This document shows positions 15,210 to 22,097 of a DNA stretch of 22,097 nucleotides, one piece after another. This stretch comes from Candidatus Heimdallarchaeota archaeon. Lineage in GTDB: Archaea; Asgardarchaeota; Heimdallarchaeia; Heimdallarchaeales; Heimdallarchaeaceae. The stretch covers positions 1 to 22,097 of the forward strand of contig JAHLWR010000034.1 in NCBI GenBank assembly GCA_019057815.1, in the 5' to 3' direction. The notes beneath the pieces were generated by a model. The model saw only the letters and a list, made by a program, of their open reading frames with translations, was not told the origin of the DNA and searched no databases. The position numbers and the translations under genes were made by a program. Every line of letters starts with the position of its first letter. Position 1 is the first letter of the stretch.

Positions 15210-17039
15210 TTGATATATATGAGTAAAAAAGAAATAACTATTGAAAAATTAGCATCGATTCCAACAGTTATGCTGATTAAAGCAAATAAGGTTAAAGATA
15301 AAATTGGTTTTTATTGGAACAAAACGAAGCGAAACGAGTTTTATATTTTAGATCCTAAAACATTGGAATATAAACAAATAACAGATGGTCATTTACCCAA
15401 AGCCATTAGAGCGGGTTATGTCTGGTTGAAAGATAATATTCACATTGCTTACACTAAGGATAAGGATGGAAATGAAAACCACGATATATATCTGTTTAAC
15501 ACAGAAACAAAAGAGAGTACTCAAATAACAGATACACCTGAAGCTCAAGAATATCCTATAACCATTAGTCCTGACGGAAAAAATCTACTTTTTTCCTCAA
15601 CTCGTCAAGGTCAATTGAATTTATTCATACTGAATTTAGAGACAAAAGAAGTTCAACAATTAACAGCAAATGATAAACCAACCTGGGGAAATGCAGTGTG
15701 GGGTAAGAATGGGTGGATTTACTATGATTTCAATGATACACACAACATCAAAAATTCTGATGTTTGGGCTATAAAAGAGGACGGTAGTGAGATAAAAATG
15801 ATTTTCAGGATATCTGAGGAATCAAATGAAACTCTAGCTGATATCAATGAAGAAGGAACACTACTAGCAATTTCTAGTGACCATTCTGGTGTAAAGCAAG
15901 CAGGAATTTTAAACATCTTAACAAATGAAGTCAAATGGTTAGGTGAAGGACAATTTGAAGAAGATGCGGTCGAATTCTCTAAGGATGGAGAAAAACTTGT
16001 AGTTCTTCGGAATAAGGATGCAGAGATAATACCTGTTATTCACTTCCTTGAAACAGGGGGATATACAAGACTTGATTTTAAAGGGTTGGTTTACAATACA
16101 ACATTTTGTCTTGATGATAAGTATCTGATATATATAAGAACAGACACAAAAACACCTATGGTCTTTGCACGTTATAATCTGCAAAAAGAAGAAGAAGAAA
16201 TTATTATACCTCCTCAAACAGATTTAACTGCAGAAGAGTTCTATGACGTGGAATATGTAAAATATCCAACATTTGATGAGCAAATAATTCCAGCAACGTT
16301 GTGCAAACCAAAACTAGAACTAGGAAAGAAATATCCAGCTTTAGTTAACGTTCATGGAGGACCTACAGGTCAATATTTCAGAATGTTTGATATGTTTTCT
16401 CAAATATTTGCACATGAAGGATTCGTCATTCTCAATCCAAATATTCGAGGTTCAACAGGTTATGGAAAAGAATTCATGGAAATGAACCTAAAAGATTGGG
16501 GTGGTGGTGATGCAAAAGATGTTATTTGGGCTAAGAAATACTTAGAAACTCTAGATTATGTTGACCCTGAAAGAATTGGTGTTTTCGGTGGTTCTTATGG
16601 TGGATACATGACTTTTATACAATTAACGAAGTACGCTGATGCTGGATGGAAAACAGGCTCAGCTTGGATTGGCATATCTCATCTAAAAACAATGTTTGAC
16701 AAATCTAAACCACATTTCAAGTACTTTTTAACCTTACATATGGGACCATATGAACAAAATAAGGATTTATGGGACGATCGTTCAGCTATGACACATATCG
16801 AAAAAATAACTGCTCCAATACAACTTATTCATGGTGTTAACGATCCTCGTTGCCCAATAGAGGAAAGTAGGCAATTCAGAGATAAACTAATTGAGATGGG
16901 TTGGAAAGAATCAACTGAAGGAGAAAATACTTTCGAATACGTAGAATTTACTGATGAAGGTCACGGTGCATTTTCTGACATTGCTATGAGAATTAGAACA
17001 TTCAAGCTTTTTATTGACTTTTTCAAAAGAAGACTCTAA
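15210..17039 (+). CDS. S9 family serine peptidase (acylaminoacyl/dipeptidyl aminopeptidase-like, beta-propeller + alpha/beta hydrolase)
   Basis: VHGGP, NIRGSTGYG, GGSYGG nucleophile, HGVNDPRC, DEGHG; likely ATG start at 15219. Confidence 0.93.
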   Translation: MIYMSKKEITIEKLASIPTVMLIKANKVKDKIGFYWNKTKRNEFYILDPKTLEYKQITDGHLPKAIRAGYVWLKDNIHIAYTKDKDGNENHDIYLFNTETKESTQITDTPEAQEYPITISPDGKNLLFSSTRQGQLNLFILNLETKEVQQLTANDKPTWGNAVWGKNGWIYYDFNDTHNIKNSDVWAIKEDGSEIKMIFRISEESNETLADINEEGTLLAISSDHSGVKQAGILNILTNEVKWLGEGQFEEDAVEFSKDGEKLVVLRNKDAEIIPVIHFLETGGYTRLDFKGLVYNTTFCLDDKYLIYIRTDTKTPMVFARYNLQKEEEEIIIPPQTDLTAEEFYDVEYVKYPTFDEQIIPATLCKPKLELGKKYPALVNVHGGPTGQYFRMFDMFSQIFAHEGFVILNPNIRGSTGYGKEFMEMNLKDWGGGDAKDVIWAKKYLETLDYVDPERIGVFGGSYGGYMTFIQLTKYADAGWKTGSAWIGISHLKTMFDKSKPHFKYFLTLHMGPYEQNKDLWDDRSAMTHIEKITAPIQLIHGVNDPRCPIEESRQFRDKLIEMGWKESTEGENTFEYVEFTDEGHGAFSDIAMRIRTFKLFIDFFKRRL

Positions 17040-17066
17040 ATTCTTCTCTTTTCTTTTTACTTCATT
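17037..17066 (+). terminator. Oligo-T archaeal terminator-like tract after the peptidase
   Basis: TAAATTCTTCTCTTTTCTTTTTACTTCATT begins at the stop codon, between convergent genes. Confidence 0.4.
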
Positions 17067-17176
17067 TCTACAAACATTTTGATAATAATAGTTAGTCTGT
17101 TATTTTTATGTTAAAAAAATAATCCTTATCCTAATAGCGAGTATTGCAAATATATTAAAAAAAGTTGAGAAAATAA

Positions 17177-18451
17177 TTATTCTAATCTTTCTCCTTCTTG
17201 TACACTGAACATTGTTAAACCACTAACCATCTTAGGATAGAAGTCAGTACTTTTTTGAGGCATCCTTTCGTGATTCTTGGACACACTTAATACTTCTTCG
17301 GCTTTTGTTGGGTTTAACATGAACACTGATTGGTATTTGCCTTGATCAGCTTTCTCTATCGCTTCATCCCACCATCTTTCGTAGAAGATATCATCGTCAA
17401 TGTGTAAATCGCCTAATCCCATTATACCATGAAATATCATATCCCTTAATATTACAACATCAAGTTGTTTGTACTCTTCACTTGCATCAGTTACGTATCT
17501 ATTTACATCTGCTATATTTTTCATTACAAACGATAAGGCTCTTCTATCTTGGTAAAGCACAAAGACATGTTTGTCTATGTTTTTCTTTAGAAAATCTGGA
17601 ATCTCACTCTTGCTTATCTCGTCTATTTCAAAGAATTCTTTTAATTCTATCATCTTTTCTTCAGTTACTTTTTCTTTTGCAAGACATCTATGTGTAGCTA
17701 GAATCACTAGACCTTCATCTTCAATTGGAACGAGATAGGTCATTCTAAAATTATATGAATCATTTTCATCCCATTGTTCCATTTCATCTCTTCTTATATC
17801 TCTATATGTACAAGCAGTTTCATATCTGTGGTGTCCATCAGCTATTACAAGTTGTTGATTTTCAAAAACGCTCTGGATAACTTGGATTTTTTGTTTGTCA
17901 GTTAATTTCCAAAGTTTGTTTAAAACACCTAAACTGTCTATTGTTTTGATAAGTGGTTCACTTTTCGCTATTTCATCAAAAATAGAGATAGCCTTCTTCT
18001 CAGGATCAGAGTAAAGAATAAAACCTGTTTCCAAGTTATGGACAGTTGCTTTAAGCATATTCAACCTGTCAATTTTAGGACCTTTGTGAGTTCTTTCATG
18101 AGGGAGAACAATGTTTTCATCAAATGGGTGAAGCCTTAAAGCACCAATAAAACCTTTTCGAATATACTTCTGCCCAAATAATTCGTACTCTTGATAATAA
18201 ACATAAATAGCTGAAGTAGCATCTCTCTCGAAAATCCCTTCTTTTTTCCACGCATCTAGTCTTTGTTTTGCGATAGCATACCTGTTTTCTTCAATTGGAA
18301 GTGTGAGTTTGCTGTAATTATATTCAGACTTCTCATAATATTCTTTTTGCATCTCAGGAGTTATCTTATCATAAGGTTGAGCAATCAGGTTATCCATATT
18401 ACCTGCTTTTTCTGAATATCTTATTGCTTTGAAAGGTTTAATATCTACCAT
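17177..18451 (-). CDS. DUF1015 family protein (ParB/Srx-like fold)
   Basis: IKPFKAIR, QPYDKI, VLPHERT, DRLNML, IADGHHRYETA, MPQKSTDFYPKMVSGL. Confidence 0.92.
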   Translation of the reverse strand: MVDIKPFKAIRYSEKAGNMDNLIAQPYDKITPEMQKEYYEKSEYNYSKLTLPIEENRYAIAKQRLDAWKKEGIFERDATSAIYVYYQEYELFGQKYIRKGFIGALRLHPFDENIVLPHERTHKGPKIDRLNMLKATVHNLETGFILYSDPEKKAISIFDEIAKSEPLIKTIDSLGVLNKLWKLTDKQKIQVIQSVFENQQLVIADGHHRYETACTYRDIRRDEMEQWDENDSYNFRMTYLVPIEDEGLVILATHRCLAKEKVTEEKMIELKEFFEIDEISKSEIPDFLKKNIDKHVFVLYQDRRALSFVMKNIADVNRYVTDASEEYKQLDVVILRDMIFHGIMGLGDLHIDDDIFYERWWDEAIEKADQGKYQSVFMLNPTKAEEVLSVSKNHERMPQKSTDFYPKMVSGLTMFSVQEGERLE

Positions 18452-18559
18452 AGTAATCTATCCGTTGTTTTTCTATAGGTATAAGAATTTTATTTAACGA
18501 ACATTTTTTAATTTATTGCAAATTTTAATATGAAAAAGAAGAAGAAAGTTTACAAACAA

Positions 18560-19483
18560 TTAGGAGGATTTTAGAGCTTCAATCACTCTTTCAGCTGCTT
18601 GAACGCTAGCTCTATAACTTCCTTCTTTAGTTTGTGCACCTATATGTGGGCTTATTATCACATGATCATGTTTTAGTAAAGGGTTGTCTGGTTCTGGAGG
18701 TTCCTTCTCAAAAACATCCGTGCAATAATAACCTAGTTGTTCAGATTCTAAAGCTTCATAAGCAGCAAGTTCGTCTACAATTCCACCTCTTGCGCAATTA
18801 ATTAGAACCACTCCTTTCTTCATCATATACAACATTTCTTTTCCAATCATGTGTTTTGTTTCATTGGTTAGTGGTAAGTGTAGACTGATATAATCAGCAT
18901 TCTTAACTACTTCCTCAATTGATGACTTCATTTCAACAACAGGATTTTCAGGAACAAAGGCATCATAACCTATTACTGTCAGGCCTAGAGCTTTACATTT
19001 GACTGCTAAACTAGTCCCAATTCTTCCTGTTCCAATCAAACCTAATGTTTTACCATCAATTTCCCTTGAAAAGAGTTCTTTCTTCATGCTTTTGTATACG
19101 CTAGGATCGTGTTTTATTTCGCAAGTTCCTTTAACTACATCTCGAGTGGAAGCTAGAATCATTGTTAGAGCCAATTCAGCAACAGAATTTGTTGTTGCAG
19201 CAGGAGTATTAACGACCTTAATTCCTCTATTCATTGTAACTTCTAAGTCAATATTGTCCAACCCTACCCCAGCTCTTCCAATAACTTTTAGATTTACTGC
19301 TTTTTCTAGAAGCTCACCTCGTACTTTAGTTGCAGATCGAATAATCATAGCATCATATTCACCGATTATTTGTGGTAGCTCTTCCTTTGGCAGATCCCAA
19401 GCTACTTTAACCTCAAACCCAGCTTCTTCAAGTATTTCAACAGCTTTCTCATCTAATTTGTCAGTTAGTATAACTTTTATCAT
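18560..19483 (-). CDS. serA: D-3-phosphoglycerate dehydrogenase (short form, no ACT domain)
   Basis: IRSATKV, IGRAGVGLDNID, SVAEL, GLIGTGRIG, NCARGG, DVFEKEP, SPHIGAQT; located between the aminotransferase and DUF1015. Confidence 0.82.
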   Translation of the reverse strand: MIKVILTDKLDEKAVEILEEAGFEVKVAWDLPKEELPQIIGEYDAMIIRSATKVRGELLEKAVNLKVIGRAGVGLDNIDLEVTMNRGIKVVNTPAATTNSVAELALTMILASTRDVVKGTCEIKHDPSVYKSMKKELFSREIDGKTLGLIGTGRIGTSLAVKCKALGLTVIGYDAFVPENPVVEMKSSIEEVVKNADYISLHLPLTNETKHMIGKEMLYMMKKGVVLINCARGGIVDELAAYEALESEQLGYYCTDVFEKEPPEPDNPLLKHDHVIISPHIGAQTKEGSYRASVQAAERVIEALKSS

Positions 19484-19496
19484 ATCAATTCCCCTA

Positions 19497-20582
19497 TTAT
19501 AAATTCCATATTTCTTTGATATTATCTAGTAATTCTTTGATACTGTTTAAAGTATGATCACCCATATGACCAATTCTAAATGTTTTGCCTTTTAATGGTC
19601 CATACCCATTAGCTATTTCCATTCCTCGCTCTGCTAAAGCTTTATTCAATTCTCCAACATCCTTGTTTAGCGTATTTTCAATAGTACTAACCGTCACTGA
19701 AGCATAGCCATCTTCAGCGAAGAGTTTGAAACCATTATCAAGAGCCCACTTTTGAGTATATTCAGCCATTTCTAGATGACGTTTATACCTATTCTCAGCT
19801 CCTTCTTTAAGCATCTTACCTAGCTGATAATCTAGAGCATTTAATAGCGAGATAGCTGGAGTTGAAGGAGTTTGTTGTTTTTTCTCGAAATAATTATGAA
19901 TTTGAACAAGATCTGTATATAAACCCCGGTTTTTTACTTCATTTCCCCTTGTAATAACATCATCAGAATAGATAACTATAGCTAAACCTGGAGGCATAGC
20001 AAATGCCTTTTGAGTCGAAGCAAAAACAAAATCTGTATACATTTCATCTGGAAAAATTAAATCTCCACCCAAACTTGAAACTGCATCAACGGATAAAAGT
20101 GTGTTTGGATATCTATTAACAACTTCACCTATAGCTTTAAGATCACACTTAACACCAGTGCTTGTTTCATTTTGGCAGACTGTCACAAGATCATATTCAT
20201 TTTCTTTTAATTTTCCTTCAATCATCTCTGGTTTAATGGCTTGTCCCCATTCAACTTCAATGATATCGATTTCATTACCGCATCCTTTAATTGCCTTTGA
20301 CATTCGATCAGAGAAGGAACCATTAATACAACAGAGAGTTTTTCTACCTTCCCTAACAAGATTTCTACCAGCAATATCCATTGCTATAGAGCCAGAAGCA
20401 GCTATGACAACAATATGCTGACTTGTATTGAAAAATTCTTTGAGTTTACCTAAAACACTTGCATAAAGTGCTGTAAAATCCTTATGTCTATGACCTATCA
20501 TTGGCTTTACTTGAGCTTCCAACACATCTTTTTCTACTTCAGTTGGTCCTGGAATAAAGAGCTTTCTGTGCATAACAATCAC
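19497..20582 (-). CDS. Class V PLP aminotransferase (serine-pyruvate/alanine-glyoxylate family; probable phosphoserine aminotransferase)
   Basis: LFIPGPT, MIGHR, QNETSTGV, DAVSSLGG, STQKAFAMPPG, FRIGHMG; alternative ATG start at 20573. Confidence 0.88.
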   Translation of the reverse strand: MIVMHRKLFIPGPTEVEKDVLEAQVKPMIGHRHKDFTALYASVLGKLKEFFNTSQHIVVIAASGSIAMDIAGRNLVREGRKTLCCINGSFSDRMSKAIKGCGNEIDIIEVEWGQAIKPEMIEGKLKENEYDLVTVCQNETSTGVKCDLKAIGEVVNRYPNTLLSVDAVSSLGGDLIFPDEMYTDFVFASTQKAFAMPPGLAIVIYSDDVITRGNEVKNRGLYTDLVQIHNYFEKKQQTPSTPAISLLNALDYQLGKMLKEGAENRYKRHLEMAEYTQKWALDNGFKLFAEDGYASVTVSTIENTLNKDVGELNKALAERGMEIANGYGPLKGKTFRIGHMGDHTLNSIKELLDNIKEIWNL

Positions 20583-20777
20583 TTAAGTTTAAATAATAAA
20601 AGTTCGCTCGTTTTATATTCTTTACGATGAATACATGAATAAATGAACTAATAGTATTATTTTTGAACAACAGAAAAAAAATTTAATCATACACATACCA
20701 AATACATATGACAAAACATTTTACATCCAATTTTTAAAGTAAAAAACGAAAATTATTTAATAAAGTATGATACATAA

Positions 20778-20811
20778 GAGATATATTTCAGAGACACGGG
20801 AGTTATATCTC
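20778..20811. promoter_or_regulatory. Two copies of a 12-bp palindrome (consensus GAGATATATCTC) upstream of a TATA box
   Basis: GAGATATATTTC at 20778-20789 and GAGTTATATCTC at 20800-20811 (22-bp period); TTTATAG at 20831-20837; ATG at 20861. Confidence 0.5.
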
Positions 20812-20860
20812 CGCATTTACAATGGTAACATTTATAGATTAAGATTGAGAGGAATATTTA

Positions 20861-22097
20861 ATGAGTCTTCCAGACAGAGACAAGCAGAAGGCGTCAATTG
20901 GCAGAGAATTAATAAAATTCAGTGAACTGATACCATCTGTGAGAACTGTCCACCCCCCAATTAAAAAAGCGCTAGCTTTAATCGATGGATCTTCGAAATC
21001 GAGAGCCGCAGTTTTACTTGCAGGTGAATTAAATCGCAAAAATGGTACAAAAATTGATGTTTTGTGTTTCTATTCTGAACAACATCAAACTGATACTTCA
21101 TTACCATCGAAAGAAAGTTATGATGATTCTTTTGCTTTCGCATATGACCATCTAAAAAGCGAAGATTTCGAGATTAAAGGACAAGTTTTAGAAGATGTCT
21201 CAATGTTCAATCAGATTCTTGATGCAATTTTAAATTCAGGAGAATATGATTTGATAATTATACCCTCATCATTTATTGGGATAAAGAGAACGGAAATAAC
21301 AGATGCAGATGATGAAAGTGATGCTAAAATCACTGTTATGGGTGATATCTTCGAATTCTTAATTAAAGGAAATAACCTTCCATTGCTGCTCGTAGAAAGT
21401 GAAAAAATCAATATAGAGCTATTATGGACTAATATTGGAATCATCGTTAACAGTCACACAAACTTGCGTTATTGTATAGAAAAAGCTATACAATTCAGTA
21501 ATAAGAAAGCTCTGTTTCATGCAATTATTAACCTAAATCCCCAATATTACGATGATTTGTCTTCAGAGGAATTTGATGAGCTATGTAAAAAACAAAAAGA
21601 AGAGATGGATATATTCAATAGAGCTAATTCAGAGGTATTTAAAGACATATCACGTTTTGTAGATTTTCATTTATTATCAACTAATAAGATAAAGGAAGTA
21701 AAGGACTTATTAATCAGTTTTGGAAAAGATATTGGTATTTTAATTTTCTATTTACCATCTAAGCACGCAAGTCTTTATGGCCTTTTTATCGATATGTTGA
21801 CGGATCCAGATATAGTTTTCCCAATCCTCATCACAAAAAAAGAAGTTAAGGAAGAAGATATATCAAAGAAAGAAGAAACAAGTGAAGAAGAAATAAGTGA
21901 AGAAGAAGAAGAAGAAGATAAGATAAAAATTGATGAATCAGTGAAAAATGCAATTAAAAAAGAAGTCAAGAGAGACATCATTTCAGAGATAAAAACAGGT
22001 AAAGAAGAAGTTAAGAAAGAAATATTTGAAGAGGAACCTAAGAAAGAAGAACCTAAAAAAGAAGAACCTAAAAAAGAAGAACCTAAAAAAGAAGAAC
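20861..22097 (+). CDS. Tandem universal stress protein (USP)-like domains followed by an E/K-rich tail; runs off the window
   Basis: Not in the ORF track. Manual translation is open from ATG 20861 to the end: IKKALALIDGSSKSRAAVLLAGEL, YDLIIIPS, MGDIFEFLIKGNNLPLLLVE (USP pattern), a second degenerate domain ending FPILIT, then an acidic stretch and EEPKK repeats. Confidence 0.8.
   Translation, partial: MSLPDRDKQKASIGRELIKFSELIPSVRTVHPPIKKALALIDGSSKSRAAVLLAGELNRKNGTKIDVLCFYSEQHQTDTSLPSKESYDDSFAFAYDHLKSEDFEIKGQVLEDVSMFNQILDAILNSGEYDLIIIPSSFIGIKRTEITDADDESDAKITVMGDIFEFLIKGNNLPLLLVESEKINIELLWTNIGIIVNSHTNLRYCIEKAIQFSNKKALFHAIINLNPQYYDDLSSEEFDELCKKQKEEMDIFNRANSEVFKDISRFVDFHLLSTNKIKEVKDLLISFGKDIGILIFYLPSKHASLYGLFIDMLTDPDIVFPILITKKEVKEEDISKKEETSEEEISEEEEEEDKIKIDESVKNAIKKEVKRDIISEIKTGKEEVKKEIFEEEPKKEEPKKEEPKKEEPKKEE
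22031..22097 (+). repeat. 15-bp coding tandem repeat GAAGAACCTAAAAAA (EEPKK)n, truncated by the window edge
   Basis: Four full units (first GAGGAACCTAAGAAA) plus a partial fifth. Confidence 0.95.

Noticed and set aside
20583-20860. ncRNA/tRNA in the longest intergenic region
   Set aside because: Very AT-rich with no cloverleaf or extended GC-rich stems; explained by divergent promoters.
2982-21981. Short overlapping ORFs in the track (e.g. 2982-3188, 5772-6017, 6630-6851, 9063-9260, 9652-10053, 9942-10184, 10265-10513, 10548-10814, 11555-11737, 11962-12174, 15722-15934, 15939-16217, 17482-17697, 18999-19502, 20101-20421, 20839-21039, 20961-21143, 21211-21444, 21775-21981)
   Set aside because: They lie antisense to or out of frame within well-supported genes and show no recognisable motifs.

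Overview
AT-rich archaeal window, most consistent with an Asgard archaeon of the Heimdallarchaeia type. This assignment is an inference from the TATA/AGGTG signals, the SmsCB-type Fe-S system, the beta-helix + DxDxDG surface protein and a PAS-longin/uDENN fusion. Both ends run off inside coding tandem repeats, so the two terminal ORFs are missing from the ORF track. Left to right: a secreted parallel beta-helix/DxDxDG-repeat surface protein (partial); larE-larC-larB nickel-pincer cofactor biosynthesis genes without larA, overlapped by an SDR resembling chlorophyll b reductase NOL; a SagB-type nitroreductase; a 3.5-kb block (DUF3160 protein + SAM methyltransferase) enclosed by two nested pairs of ~90% identical direct repeats; smsC-smsB (minimal SufC/SufB); DUF134, DUF5320-like and DUF1684 genes; a PAS sensor fused to a folliculin-like longin/uDENN domain that keeps the RGxxR motif; an LLM oxidoreductase plus an ACP-like protein lacking the canonical Ser; an S9 peptidase; a serC-like/serA/DUF1015 operon; and a partial tandem-USP protein ending in (EEPKK)n. 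No rRNA, tRNA, CRISPR array, transposase, integrase or reverse transcriptase was recognised. All family calls are by motif recognition from memory; no searches were run.
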